DNA from: Octopus bimaculoides
Lineage: Eukaryota
DNA length: 45,124 nucleotides
NCBI RefSeq assembly: GCF_001194135.2
Contig: NC_068982.1
Span: 179,324,969 to 179,370,092, forward strand
Direction of reading: 5' to 3'
Below the pieces are notes generated by a model that saw nothing but the letters and a program-made list of their open reading frames with translations, searched no databases and was not told the origin of the DNA. Below are positions 20,370 through 34,680 of the stretch, piece by piece (position 1 is the stretch's first letter; each line of letters begins with the position of its first letter). A program made the position numbers and the translations under genes.

Positions 20370-22180
20370 AAATATCTTAGCTGTTTGCTAGACAGACTAT
20401 AAGAAAGTGTAGGACAATGTTCTACAGTGTTGGTTCTTAATAGTGCCTGAGGACTTTCGGGGCCCATGTGAAGATAAAGATGTTTTTGGAAGAAGCAATG
20501 CGGTGATGTGGAGTAGAATTAACATGCAGAAACGAATCATAAGGAAACGTGGAAATATGCAGGGAGATATTCCAGGGAAACTCGGTCTCGCCATTATTTT
20601 TCATCGTTGTCTTAATCCTCCTGCCAAGTATACTGAGGAAATCCATGCCTGCCTATGAACTTGTCAAATCGATGGGGAAAATATAAAGCATGCTCTATAA
20701 GGATGTCCACAAACTGTATATACAAACTGAAAAACACTTTGATTCTCTAAATTAAACAATAAGAATATCTCGCATGGAGTTTTAGGTAAGTATGTGTGCA
20801 ATTTTTATGCACACATAACTGCCTCATTATAAAGAGAGGATGAAAGATCAATTTACAGAGAAAAAATTACGAGACGGTGTCATCAGATTGCTGAGGAACA
20901 ATGAGGAATACTAGTGCGAAGGGGTGTTACAGGACGATAGAGTAATGGAAATAGAAAGTCTCCAAAGAGATCAAGACAGACATTTGGAATGTTTCCTAAA
21001 CAAAATAATTGGAGGAAATATGAAAGCTACAAATACTTGAGCCATGAGAGTATTAAGAAAGTCTTCTTTTTTTTTAAATGGACACGTACAGAGCTTCAGG
21101 AACAGGAAGAACTAGACAGTTGCTAACAATACACAGCGCGCAATACTTTAACAGTAATAGCGACGTGTTCTACTTACCAAGACAGGAAGTGGAGCAGAGG
21201 CTTGTTAAATGCAAAGGGCAGCTTTAGTACTGTGATATTGGGTTTGAAAAACTATCGAACGTGTTTAATAAGAGATACTGTCTGCGGCTTGAAATATTCA
21301 GAACTTACTGAAATAGAGAAGAATGTAAGATCATAAGAACGCTAGGTCAAATAGTTGGGAAGAAAAGAATACAGCTTATCCAGAGAGTTGAAGAAATTGT
21401 GGAAGACAAAGGCGATAACTATTTCTGTGCACTTGTCACAACACCCAAACTACTACCTTGGAGGTTGAAGCGAGAGACAATGACGTTAATGGTAGCCGCT
21501 CAGAAAGAAGCCTTGAGAACAAATCTGATAAAGCAAAGATCGATAAAACTCATTTAGGCAGCAAATATAGAACCTGCAGGCAAGGAGATGAGAGTATCAA
21601 ACAAATTTTGAGTGTGTACAGTATACTTACACAAAAGGAGTATAAGCGCAGACATGACTGAGTAGGCAAAAAGTGCATTGGAATGTTACTCGTGTATGTG
21701 ACTTCAAAACAATAGAAAAGTGGTATGAACGTGAAACAGAGACTATACTACTAAATGAGAATTACAAGATCTTGTGGGTCATAAATACTGAACATACTAT
21801 TGAGGCAAGAATAACAGACATGATTATAGAGGACAAAATAAACAAACAGTATATCATAGACTTTGCATTCTCAATGATAGTAGAGTTGATATCAAAGAAA
21901 TGAGAAAAAATGGGGAATATTAGGATTTAGCGAGATATCAAAGGAGACTGTGGAAGACCAAAGCAACAATTATTCTTGTAGTAATTGGTGCAACTGACTT
22001 CATACATAATGCTACTTAAAACAACCCTAATGCTACTTAAAAGACTGAAAGAATTTGGAACTGAAACTCGCATTACTCAGCAGAAGAATAGCACCATCCT
22101 GTATTCATCAAGAATCCTAAGAAAAATTCTTGAGATTTGACGAGACTTGCTGTCATCAATCCTCGAAATAAAATACCTTC
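20370..22180 (+). mobile_element. Decayed R4/Dong-like RLE LINE (~1.8 kb; RT, thumb, zinc knuckle, endonuclease)
   Basis: With stops and frameshifts: DYKKV*DNV..CW, VEICREIFQGNSVSPLFFIVVL, LYKDVHKLY, GGNMKATNT*AMRVLR, KWTRTELQ, YLPRQE..RGL, KYRTCRQGDESIKQIL..KEYKRRHD*VGKKVHW, KILW...TEHTIEARITDMII, VVIGA, RILRKILEI*. Confidence 0.85.
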
Positions 22181-22211
22181 TAACTAAATCAGTATTCACT
22201 TTACATAATAA

Positions 22212-22330
22212 CTGTTTCAAATTTTGGCACAAAGCCAGCAATTCTAAGGCGAGGGGGCAAGTCGATTACATCGACTCCAGTCCTTGATTGGTGCTTATTT
22301 GAGTCAATCTCGAGAGGATTTGAAATCGGA
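22212..22330 (-). mobile_element. SINE family A 3' fragment
   Basis: Same tail as 20246-20345. Confidence 0.65.
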
Positions 22331-23266
22331 AAAAATGCCGATAGAAAGAGAATTGACGAGAACGCTTATACTTTCATCCTGAGTCAATATCTATTTTAGT
22401 GTAGAAAGAACTGTAAAAGTATTATCACAGGCATGCATTGGTGACATTAGAACTTTGAAGAAAAATGGTAAAAGACACCAAGGAGAGATGTAAGAAAAAG
22501 GAAATAAAAGGATAATGAAGTAGACGCATGAAGAGAGAGAGAATTGTTTTTTTTCTCACGGAGAGAGAAAAAAAGGCCATTATTAGAGTTGGTATGTAAA
22601 TGAAATGTACTGATGAAAGTTGATTATTTCAAACAGAGCGCTGTATTTTACCAAAGCTTCGTTTGGTGCCATATATAAATATGATTTTAGATTTGATGCA
22701 CTTAGAAGCGATATTTTCAAAGACCTAATCAATATTACAGCTGAATAACTTGAGAATAATAAACAATTAATACATGAATAATAGAGTAATATTTCAGGCT
22801 ACTGTTTTCCTCTCCGAGAGTATTATATTTTTATTTGCAACATTTAAAAAAATATATAGATCTGCTTTATTGCTCTCCATAAAGATTTCTGGAAACGCAA
22901 CAAAAATGGAAGTACCGATGAGAGGCTGCAAAATTTTATTGCCTGTTTTGTCCAACAAGTAATTTCTGAGTGCCATATTGACAAATATTGCTAGTTTTAC
23001 ATTGCTTTTTGTTCGAAATCATTAGCTTAGCCACTCTACGATCTTTTCCTCTCTTCTGAAATGATCTTTGCTACTTTAAGAATTGCCATAAAATTCTCCA
23101 CAAAATAGATTCTCCCCAATATGAAACCAAGGAAATTGATTGTGTATGCATTGTTGATAACTACTCTTCACCATTATTTTTACTTCCACTCAGCATCTCC
23201 CCGTCTCTTCCATACTCACTCATACTCTCACAAACATACACCCGAACAAAAGCATACACACATACA

Positions 23267-23339
<73 letters not shown>

Positions 23340-24974
23340 NNNNNNNNNNNNNNNNNNNNNNNNNNNNNNNNNNNNNNNNNNNNNNNNNNNNNNNNNNNNN
23401 NNNNNNNNNNNNNNNNNNNNNNNNNNNNNNNNNNNNNNNNNNNNNNNNNNNNNNNNNNNNNNNNNNNNNNNNNNNNNNNNNNNNNNNNNNNNNNNNNNNN
23501 NNNNNNNNNNNNNNNNNNNNNNNNNNNNNNNNNNNNNNNNNNNNNNNNNNNNNNNNNNNNNNNNNNNNNNNNNNNNNNNNNNNNNNNNNNNNNNNNNNNN
23601 NNNNNNNNNNNNNNNNNNNNNNNNNNNNNNNNNNNNNNNNNNNNNNNNNNNNNNNNNNNNNNNNNNNNNNNNNNNNNNNNNNNNNNNNNNNNNNNNNNNN
23701 NNNNNNNNNNNNNNNNNNNNNNNNNNNNNNNNNNNNNNNNNNNNNNNNNNNNNNNNNNNNNNNNNNNNNNNNNNNNNNNNNNNNNNNNNNNNNNNNNNNN
23801 NNNNNNNNNNNNNNNNNNNNNNNNNNNNNNNNNNNNNNNNNNNNNNNNNNNNNNNNNNNNNNNNNNNNNNNNNNNNNNNNNNNNNNNNNNNNNNNNNNNN
23901 NNNNNNNNNNNNNNNNNNNNNNNNNNNNNNNNNNNNNNNNNNNNNNNNNNNNNNNNNNNNNNNNNNNNNNNNNNNNNNNNNNNNNNNNNNNNNNNNNNNN
24001 NNNNNNNNNNNNNNNNNNNNNNNNNNNNNNNNNNNNNNNNNNNNNNNNNNNNNNNNNNNNNNNNNNNNNNNNNNNNNNNNNNNNNNNNNNNNNNNNNNNN
24101 NNNNNNNNNNNNNNNNNNNNNNNNNNNNNNNNNNNNNNNNNNGTGTGCATGTGAGTTTGAACTATTTGTGTTGGTGTAAGTAGACAACCGCAATATTTTT
24201 TTTAGACATCTCTTTCTCTCTGTCTTGTTATATATACACGTACATATATATACGCATCCATCCTTATATACATACGCACACACACACACACATACTTACA
24301 TATATGCATTTATCTATGCAAGTATATACGTAAACACACAGACACACATATGAAATTTATATAGATGAAATGTATTTGCATACATATGGTTTTATGTGCG
24401 TATGCGTATGTGTGAAACTGCATCTAATGCTCTTTGTGTAATCGTGTGATGTTGTGTGTTACTAAAGATAATATATTGAATAAAATGATATCAGTTATAG
24501 CGACATAAAGGAGTAACGAGAGAAATAAAACGGTATAGAGACTCACTTATAAATATACATGATCTTCCGTTACTAGCTTCAGTTTTCGCTAAACTTTTAT
24601 GTACAAAGAAATCTATTTTATGATTCAACTGTTATCTAAATTTCCCGTATCATGTCCATGCTACTAGACATTATTTGCCCAAGATGTTAATGTTGCTGGA
24701 AGTTGTCTCCCTTGATAAATGGTGCCCGACATAATCTTCGTCTAACTGTCAAACACAAAATAGATGTGACCTGATTGTTTTCTGCTTTCTGATTATATTC
24801 CTATACTATGTTCGACCCATATGTAATAATAATCTTCGCGCACAAAATTAACACATAATTCGCCGGAATATACCCAACTAAGGGAACAGCATGGATAAAA
24901 ATCTCATCCCTTATATTTGTGTATATATGCATCCAAACATATCCATATATATCCATGCATACGTATTCATTCTA

Positions 24975-25180
24975 CTATAAGCAAAGGTCTGAGTTTTCTG
25001 AGGTAGGGGAGAGTTGATTACATCCACTCCAATACTCAACTGATGACTATTTTATCGACCTCAAGAGTAGGAAAGGCGAAGACAAACTCCATGGAATTTA
25101 AACCCAGAACGCAAAGAACGAAATGCCGTTAAGTATTTTGCCACGCGTGTTAAGGATTCTGCCTGCTCAACACCTTATCG
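24975..25180 (-). mobile_element. Degenerate tRNA-derived SINE (family A)
   Basis: Aligns with 38162-38594, including a B-box remnant (plus-strand GGAATTTAAACCC) and the head. Confidence 0.7.
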
Positions 25181-25359
25181 ACATACATATGAAGTGTGAC
25201 AATGGTTGTTTTTGTCATTTTAACCCTAGGTCAGTTCTAACTAAGCAGCACTATGACTTTTTCCTAGACGGTAACGTTTGGAAACTATATTTGGTAGATC
25301 GAACGAGCATGTGATGGCATTTTTGTTCATTGAAGAGAATTGTTGCTGTTGTGGAGTGT

Positions 25360-25402
<43 letters not shown>

Positions 25403-25412
25403 NNNNNNNNNN

Positions 25413-25456
<44 letters not shown>

Positions 25457-25643
25457 ATGTAAGCGTGTGAGTTTGTGTGTGCGTGCATATGTGAAAGAAA
25501 CAGACAAATTACTTTAAATACACAAAAAATATAATTGAGATTTTCGGCGGTCATTCCTCGGCTTAGTGTATCTTTTGTATAACTGGAATAAATGTATGGT
25601 AAGAAGTGTCTAGACAATTGTTCTTTGTTACATGTTCTTTTTA

Positions 25644-26927
25644 TTAGGTTGTCAAGAAAGGTCTTGCTGTTTTTAACCTTTAAATTCAGATGTACATATC
25701 TCGGCTGAAACAAAACTTTATTAATCGAAATAAACACCATCAGAATCAACACACTTTTGCCAATGCAAAACAAGTTTATTTATGCCAGTAACGTAAAAAT
25801 CCTGCGTTCTGGTGGCGATGAAGTCGTTGAAGGCGTGTTTGGCATCGTCTTGGTTTTTGAAGCATTTCTCATGCAGGAAGTTGTCGAGATGCTTGAAAAA
25901 ATGGTAGTCGGTAGGCGAGAGGTCTGGTGAATATGACGGATGAGGCAGGGTTTCGTAGCCCAATTCGTTCAACTTCTGCTGGGTCAGTTGTGCGACGTGC
26001 GGCCGAGCGTTGTCGTGAAGAAGAATTGGTCCTTTTCTATTGACCAATGCTGGCTGTTGTCGGAGTTTCTTATGCATTTCATCCATTTACTGACCGTACT
26101 TCACCGTAATGGTTTCGCCTGGATCCAAAAAAGCTGTGATAGATGAGACCGGCCGCAGACTACCAAACAGTCACCATGACCTTCTTTTGGTGCAAATTTG
26201 GCTTCGAGAAGTTCCGTGGAGCTTCGTCGGTGTCTAACCACTGAGCTGAGCGTCGCCGGTAATCGTAAAGAATCCACTTTTCATCGTAAGTCAAAATCTG
26301 GTTGAGAAACGGGTCGTTCTTGTTGCGTAAAAGAAGGGAAGACGACACTTCAAAACGGCGTTTTTTTTTTTGTAATCGTTCAATTCGTGCGGCACCCATT
26401 TCTCAAGTATTTTTGTTTTTCTAATCTCTTTCAAGTGGTTGAAAATTATCGTATACGTTACGTCTAATTCAGAAGCAAGCTCTCGAACAGTTGTGCGTGG
26501 ATCGGCTTCCACTAAGGCTCTTAGTTGATCGTTGTCAACATCCGATGGCCGACCACTACACTTATCATCTTCAAGACTCTTGTCACCGCTACGAAATTTC
26601 TTGAACCACTATTGTGCTGTACGTTCATTAGTGGTTCCTGTGCCAAACGCATCGTTGATATCGCGAGATGTTTCAGGAGCTTTTCGGCCTAGCTGAACTG
26701 GAATAAGAAAACGATCGTCGATTTGCTTTTTCTCTATGTTGTATTCAAAATTCCGGGAAAAAATGGCCTAATTATTCAAAAAGAAAAAGAGCAACACGAT
26801 TAAATAGAGTGAAAAACGGGCTTTAAATTGATATATGAAGTCAAACTAATTTAACGAAAATTAATTTGAAAATACATCATTTAAACCCAAAATTAAAAAT
26901 TCCGCAAGAACTTTCTTGACAACCTAA
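25644..26927 (-). mobile_element. Full-length (1284 bp) mariner transposon, cecropia/Hsmar1-like
   Basis: TIRs TTAGGTTGTCAAGAAAG(G/T)TCTTGC at both ends, TA dinucleotide on each side (25642-25643, 26928-26929), and a transposase remnant inside. Confidence 0.95.
25721..26737 (-). pseudogene. Disrupted mariner DD34D transposase
   Basis: HTH region WFKKFRSGD.SLED..SGRP, WVPHEL, TYDEKWILYD, HDNARPH, YSPDLSPTDYHFF. Start appears mutated to ATA; in-frame TAG near 26610; several frameshifts. Confidence 0.93.
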
Positions 26928-28455
26928 TAACATAGCTCTATGCAACAACCATATGTTTCTGCTTATAATTAAACAAATTGCATTTCATACCATATATGGA
27001 AGAAATTGCAATATATAGTCGCGAAGCATTTTATCAGCCTTATCAATAAGTTGTGTATTAATCATATTCTCTTTGTTTACTGATTTAATTTCATGTTTTC
27101 ATCTATTAAAATATGCGAACTAGCATATTAACATTAAAGAAGTGGGCTACATGTTTTTATAACTTTTCATATTCAGTCTCGGGAGAAATTATTTTCAAAT
27201 GAACATTCTAGTCCCTATGTACTAGAGATATTGTTTTAATGTATATTCAGTTTAAATTTATGTAGACTGAGCTCTTGATGAACCGGCTGGGGATGAGGGA
27301 TGAATGAATAGCAGAGGGCTGCTGGAATTCTTAAGAGAATAAACAAAGCAAGGAGACAAGTGAGGATATGGAGCAAAACACAGTAATAGTGTCGACATGA
27401 TGTGTGTATAGATAGAAAAAAGGGTTTTGTCGTTTGGTACTTCAAAATAGTAGAGACTATTAAAAGTAGTAGCAGAAAAATGAAAGGTACGTTTTTGTGC
27501 CAATGTTAAACCTGTTGAATTGGCGGCGGAGATTAAGTCAAGATTTACTGGCTAATAGGGTGCCACTCAGGACTACCACTGTATCAGTGGATATTCGTTG
27601 CAATATTCGTTTTTATGTGCTACAGAGGATGATCCTGATACTAAAATCTGTAGCTCATTATCTGAAGAGTTGAGATTCCCCTTAAACAAATTCACGCCGT
27701 TGTCAATTCGTGCAACAAATAGTCTTCAACAGTTAAAAACTGAAAATCTCGGCTATGAGTGATGTCCGTCGATAATAATGTGTATGTGTCTTTGTATATG
27801 TTTGTGTGCGTGTCTCATATGTATATATATGTACATGCATATGTGGATATACATACATATATGTATATATATATANNNNNNNNNNNNNNNNNNNNNNNNN
27901 NNNNNNNNNNNNNNNNNNNNNNNNNNNNNNNNNNNNNNNNNNNNNNNNNNNNNNNNNNNNNNNNNNNNNNNNNNNNNNNNNNNNNNNNNNNNNNNNNNNN
28001 NNNNNNNNNNNNNNNNNNNNNNNNNNNNNNNNNNNNNNNNNNNNNNNNNNNNNNNNNNNNNNNNNNNNNNNNNNNNNNNNNNNNNNNNNNNNNNNNNNNN
28101 NNNNNNNNNNNNNNNNNNNNNNNNNNNNNNNNNNNNNNNNNNNNNNNNNNNNNNNNNNNNNNNNNNNNNNNNNNNNNNNNNNNNNNNNNNNNNNNNNNNN
28201 NNNNNNNNNNNNNNNNNNNNNNNNNNNNNNNNNNNNNNNNNNNNNNNNNNNNNNNNNNNNNNNNNNNNNNNNNNNNNNNNNNNNNNNNNNNNNNNNNNNN
28301 NNNNNNNNNNNNNNNNNNNNNNNNNNNNNNNNNNNNNNNNNNNNNNNNNNNNNNNNNNNNNNNNNNNNNNNNNNNNNNNNNNNNNNNNNNNNNNNNNNNN
28401 NNNNNNNNNNNNNNNNNNNNNNNNNNNNNNNNNNNNNNNNNNNNNNNNNNNNNNN

Positions 28456-28498
<43 letters not shown>

Positions 28499-29164
28499 AT
28501 ATACATATATATATGTATGTATGCATATCCGTATGTGTCTATATATCTACATCACGATGTTATAGTTTATGTATGTTGAATATAGGCAAGCAGATAGCAT
28601 TGTAAATGTCTTAACTACAAATAGTTGCATCTTGTAATGGTACACTCAAAATTATTATTGAATGTTCTAAACCTTGGTATTGTTAGTAACGATAATAAAT
28701 AGGAAAATATATATCGTGCAATAAGCTCTCTCAATAGATTTCACAAAGTTCCAATAATCCCCTTGGTAGTATTGTGATTTAAAATAGGAGATACGTGCAA
28801 TTTTTGTTAGACAATTACTTTGTTATCTACACGTCTGACTATCTTGAAACACGAAGGGACAATAAAGTAGCAATTTGTCAACTCCTTCTAACACTAAATG
28901 AGAAAATATTTCAATATATCGGCTATAAAAAGTAAACCATAAAAATGATTGTCTTTTAACGCAGCTGAGTGGAAACATAGCTATGGTAACTCATTTGAAA
29001 CCACTGAAATTATGAAACTCTCCAGTGACATACAAACATTAAATATGAACCTTATGAAGTTTTCAATAAACAGTGATGTCTGGGATGTCGGACTTCTCAC
29101 CTATTTATCACTGTATATTAACGTATCCTAATTTCTGAAATTCGTTCAGTATATATATACATTT

Positions 29165-29207
<43 letters not shown>

Positions 29208-30171
29208 NNNNNNNNNNNNNNNNNNNNNNNNNNNNNNNNNNNNNNNNNNNNNNNNNNNNNNNNNNNNNNNNNNNNNNNNNNNNNNNNNNNNNNNNNNNNN
29301 NNNNNNNNNNNNNNNNNNNNNNNNNNNNNNNNNNNNNNNNNNNNNNNNNNNNNNNNNNNNNNNNNNNNNNNNNNNNNNNNNNNNNNNNNNNNNNNNNNNN
29401 NNNNNNNNNNNNNNNNNNNNNNNNNNNNNNNNNNNNNNNNNNNNNNNNNNNNNNNNNNNNNNNNNNNNNNNNNNNNNNNNNNNNNNNNNNNNNNNNNNNN
29501 NNNNNNNNNNNNNNNNNNNNNNNNNNNNNNNNNNNNNNNNNNNNNNNNNNNNNNNNNNNNNNNNNNNNNNNNNNNNNNNNNNNNNNNNNNNNNNNNNNNN
29601 NNNNNNNNNNNNNNNNNNNNNNNNNNNNNNNNNNNNNNNNNNNNNNNNNNNNNNNNNNNNNNNNNNNNNNNNNNNNNNNNNNNNNNNNNNNNNNNNNNNN
29701 NNNNNNNNNNNNNNNNNNNNNNNNNNNNNNNNNNNNNNNNNNNNNNNNNNNNNNNNNNNNNNNNNNNNNNNNNNNNNNNNNNNNNNNNNNNNNNNNNNNN
29801 NNNNNNNNNNNNNNNNNNNNNNNNNNNNNNNNNNNNNNNNNNNNNNNNNNNNNNNNNNNNNNNNNNNNNNNNNNNNNNNNNNNNNNNNNNNNNNNNNNNN
29901 NNNNNNNNNNNNNNNNNNNNNNNNNNNNNNNNNNNNNNNNNNNNNNNNNNNNNNNNNNNNNNNNNNNNNNNNNNNNNNNNNNNNNNNNNNNNNNNNNNNN
30001 NNNNNNNNNNNNNNNNNNNNNNNNNNNNNNNNNNNNNNNNNNNNNNNNNNNNNNNNNNNNNNNNNNNNNNNNNNNNNNNNNNNNNNNNNNNNNNNNNNNN
30101 NNNNNNNNNNNNNNNNNNNNNNNNNNNNNNNNNNNNNNNNNNNNNNNNNNNNNNNNNNNNNNNNNNNNNNN

Positions 30172-30246
<75 letters not shown>

Positions 30247-30985
30247 CACATACACACATATACATGTACACACATACACATACACGTATATATGCATCTA
30301 CGCCTATAAACATACATATACACACACATATATATNNNNNNNNNNNNNNNNNNNNNNNNNNNNNNNNNNNNNNNNNNNNNNNNNNNNNNNNNNNNNNNNN
30401 NNNNNNNNNNNNNNNNNNNNNNNNNNNNNNNNNNNCGTGTTTTTCTCCTTGTTTTCTCCGTATTCTTTCTGTTGAAGAGCGTAGTGATTAATTGAATGTT
30501 TTGGGGTTTACCAAAGTCATGCCTTTGTAGGAATTCAGACAAAGGTGTTCGCCAATAAAGCTGTCTGCGAGACACGTTTTTCCCCATGTAAACAACAAGT
30601 ATATGATGCATGTGTTTATTGAAAATGCATGCAGACATGCAGCATATCCTGTGCATACATTCTAGTAATGGTGGTGTAGCACTCATCAATAGATGTGTAG
30701 TGCTCGATATAAAAAGGTGTTTTACTATAAGCACCGAGCATTCCATTCATTATAAGCACCAACCATCCACCTACAGAGCAAGCTACAGTAAGGTAGCCAC
30801 ACAATTTTGTAACAGTGTTATTTCTACGTACAGGATAAATCGGTACCATGACCCACAAATGTTGTCCTGTTGTAAGTGAAATACTAGGGTCAACTTTTAT
30901 ACGGGTCTATGGAAAATTTCCAATTTCTTGGCTGAAAATAGGGTGTCGACTTTTACATGAAATCGACTATTACTCGTGTATATAC

Positions 30986-31032
<47 letters not shown>

Positions 31033-31843
31033 NNNNNNNNNNNNNNNNNNNNNNNNNNNNNNNNNNNNNNNNNNNNNNNNNNNNNNNNNNNNNNNNNNNN
31101 NNNNNNNNNNNNNNNNNNNNNNNNNNNNNNNNNNNNNNNNNNNNNNNNNNNNNNNNNNNNNNNNNNNNNNNNNNNNNNNNNNNNNNNNNNNNNNNNNNNN
31201 NNNNNNNNNNNNNNNNNNNNNNNNNNNNNNNNNNNNNNNNNNNNNNNNNNNNNNNNNNNNNNNNNNNNNNNNNNNNNNNNNNNNNNNNNNNNNNNNNNNN
31301 NNNNNNNNNNNNNNNNNNNNNNNNNNNNNNNNNNNNNNNNNNNNNNNNNNNNNNNNNNNNNNNNNNNNNNNNNNNNNNNNNNNNNNNNNNNNNNNNNNNN
31401 NNNNNNNNNNNNNNNNNNNNNNNNNNNNNNNNNNNNNNNNNNNNNNNNNNNNNNNNNNNNNNNNNNNNNNNNNNNNNNNNNNNNNNNNNNNNNNNNNNNN
31501 NNNNNNNNNNNNNNNNNNNNNNNNNNNNNNNNNNNNNNNNNNNNNNNNNNNNNNNNNNNNNNNNNNNNNNNNNNNNNNNNNNNNNNNNNNNNNNNNNNNN
31601 NNNNNNNNNNNNNNNNNNNNNNNNNNNNNNNNNNNNNNNNNNNNNNNNNNNNNNNNNNNNNNNNNNNNNNNNNNNNNNNNNNNNNNNNNNNNNNNNNNNN
31701 NNNNNNNNNNNNNNNNNNNNNNNNNNNNNNNNNNNNNNNNNNNNNNNNNNNNNNNNNNNNNNNNNNNNNNNNNNNNNNNNNNNNNTTATATTACATTAAT
31801 CTTAATCTTATTTCGGCCAGAGTTCTTTCGTCACACTTCTGTG

Positions 31844-31914
<71 letters not shown>

Positions 31915-32039
31915 CTAAGTAACCTATGAACTATGCAAAATAAAATTCATGATGCAAGAAACAAATACTAAACGTGAGAATGGAAGGCTCGAGCAATCAG
32001 CACATAATAATATAATGACCACATAAAACTGGTCAAGAG

Positions 32040-32110
32040 TAACAAAAGTTAAAATGCTTGTAATCATGGACAGAGAAGCATACATTGCAAAAGTCAACAA
32101 TTTTTCAGTG
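32040..32110 (+). mobile_element. Possible Penelope-like pre-RT remnant
   Basis: LVIMDREAYIAKVNNF resembles the PLE motif (ADKG..)VIMD...Y..K; single motif only. Confidence 0.3.
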
Positions 32111-32489
32111 ATAAAAGGAATTTTAAACAAATACAAAATAACACCAAGCCAAAATCAAATTAAGTAAAATATTCATAGCAATAAGCGCACAAGCAGGATT
32201 CCGTAAATTTCAAATATAGAAAGAGAATTCATATTTATGAAAAAGTAAATATACACCACATTCGCGTTTCAATACCATACATGTCTATGGTCACGTGTGT
32301 GGGCGTGTGTGTGTGCGTGTGTGTGTGCATATGTGAGTGTGCGTGTGCGTGCACGAGAGAAAGAATATGTGTGCTTGGTATGTATGATATGTATGTGTGG
32401 GTGTGTCTGTATCCTTTAGCTGGGAAGTTTGCATTACATATGGACAGTTATAGGGTCTCCAAAACTGACGGTATGTAGGGAGAAAGATA

Positions 32490-33090
32490 TCATCAAACTA
32501 AAAAAACCTAAACAGAATGCTTGGAGCAAGATGAACTCCGCTAAAAGACCCAAGGTGCCAGTTGGTGGTGTCAAACCGAAAGACGAGTGAAGCCTACCAC
32601 ATATGCATGCCATGACGGAATGTGAAATCAGAACCCGAAAAATCGGAAACATTAGCGCAAAGCATCCGGATATATATATATATAGTAGTGCTGGAAAGAC
32701 TTGTCCAAATTTTTGGTGTTGAAATTTATACAAATGTAAGAGCAGAGTACCATTTTATGGTGCCTAAAATCCATCCGCTGTAGTCAAAATACAGAATACA
32801 GATGCTGCAATAGTTTGGGACTCAGTGACCAACAGTTTTTCAATACCGCCACGAATGAGCTAAGAGACCTGCAGTGTGTAGATGTCGACATCTTCAGGGC
32901 TGAACTGAATCTCCTACTGTAAGAATTCCAGATGAACCAGCTTTACAGTAGGAAGCGGGAATGAAGTCAGCATTATCAAACTTCCTTATTTATTCCCCAA
33001 ATGCCAACTATCAAAGGAAGATTAATTAACGTGTGGCAGCATCAGTTGGTGGTACCCCAGCATGATCACAGTCATTCAGCAGAAACTATA
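32490..33090 (+). mobile_element. Decayed CR1-like LINE 3' end
   Basis: FNTATNELRDLQCVDVDIFRAELNLLL..IPDEP parallels 40960-41070; ends in the shared tail GGTGGTACCCCAGCATGATCACAGTC...GAAACTA. Confidence 0.7.
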
Positions 33091-34439
33091 CACATACACA
33101 CATATGTATATATATATANNNNNNNNNNNNNNNNNNNNNNNNNNNNNNNNNNNNNNNNNNNNNNNNNNNNNNNNNNNNNNNNNNNNNNNNNNNNNNNNNN
33201 NNNNNNNNNNNNNNNNNNNNNNNNNNNNNNNNNNNNNNNNNNNNNNNNNNNNNNNNNNNNNNNNNNNNNNNNNNNNNNNNNNNNNNNNNNNNNNNNNNNN
33301 NNNNNNNNNNNNNNNNNNNNNNNNNNNNNNNNNNNNNNNNNNNNNNNNNNNNNNNNNNNNNNNNNNNNNNNNNNNNNNNNNNNNNNNNNNNNNNNNNNNN
33401 NNNNNNNNNNNNNNNNNNNNNNNNNNNNNNNNNNNNNNNNNNNNNNNNNNNNNNNNNNNNNNNNNNNNNNNNNNNATATGTATGTATATATATACATGTG
33501 TGTATGGATGGGTGTCTGTGCACGTACAAATGTATATTCTCTTCTGCTTAGCAGATAAACTATTTCTGTTGGCTACTGCATCATGTTAAATGTCTAATTA
33601 GTAAATAAACATAATTTTCGCGTAAAGTACGCTGTTATTGCTTAGAGACATTCATTTAATGAAGCAAGCCGGAACTTACTGTTTCATATTGATCAAAGTT
33701 CGTAGAAGGCCGCCGTTAATGTCGGCTGAACGAACAATGGTGGCTTGTGTAAATATTTGGATGCTGTAGTAAGAAAAATATCAGCTTGATTTAATTAAAA
33801 GCAGTTATTGCTGTAGATATTGAAACTCTCTTGTGAAATATAGTATACAGATAGTGAATCAATTTAACTGAATTGAAAGAAGTAAACATGTTCTGATATT
33901 TGCTATAGTTTGAACTCTTTTTGTAATAACAGCAGAGGTGTTCAAAATATTAATAGAGTCTACTTGATAAAGTTTTCTTCTTCAAATTCGGGAATAATTC
34001 TAATAAAGTAACTTAAATTTAATATTTCAATTCAGTTATTTAGAAAAATGTTTTTCTATAATAAAAATATTTCTGGATGAAATACGAACTTCAATTTCCG
34101 TTGATATTTCCAATATGAAAATATATGACTAACTTCTCTTAGAGGATTTTAATCAATCCGATTCATATCTTCTACTTACGTCGTAGCATAGAATGTCTTA
34201 AAATACCATCATATTTTCTTAGATATTTACTTAGATATTTATACTTTTAGCTGGATGATTCAATAGAAATCTTATATTTACTATATTTACATTATAGTCA
34301 GATGTGAAATAAATCAACAGATAATCACACTTTCTCCTGTTAGGATTAAACGTTTTCATCGATATTTTGTCCAATAGATTTAATTGTCCTCAACAGTGAA
34401 AATACAATTCATTTGATTCATGCCTTGAACTTAGAAATA

Positions 34440-34680
34440 GACGAGATATAAATGTGTTCAAACCTGGATGTGTTCAAAGAACAATTCGACATATTTGATC
34501 TAATATACCAGACGATCAACATCATGGGATGAAAGGCAAATAAGAACAGCTGTCTCTACGACTGGCAACTACCGGGACCGATTTCGGAGAGAGGACCAGG
34601 AAGTGAGTCTAAAACAAACAAGCAATAGCGCTACGGGTCGTGCCCCAGCATGGCCACAAACACTGGCTGAAACTGTTATC
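34440..34680 (+). mobile_element. CR1-like LINE 3' fragment
   Basis: LDVFKEQFDIF.SNIPD remnant followed ~125 nt later by GTGCCCCAGCATGGCCACA...GGCTGAAACT. Confidence 0.6.

Noticed and set aside
27240-27345. Fifth CR1 3' remnant (DEP...RAAG)
   Set aside because: Very short match and the shared tail is missing.
28957-28990. 21-nt plus-strand microexon (CAG|CTGAGTGGAAACATAGCTATG|GTAACT)
   Set aside because: Such short signals arise by chance, and there are no supporting neighbouring exons.
30465-30485. CTGTTGAAGAGCGTAG as half of a hammerhead
   Set aside because: The core deviates (CUGUUGA), and the stem II 3' strand and GAAA are absent in this copy.
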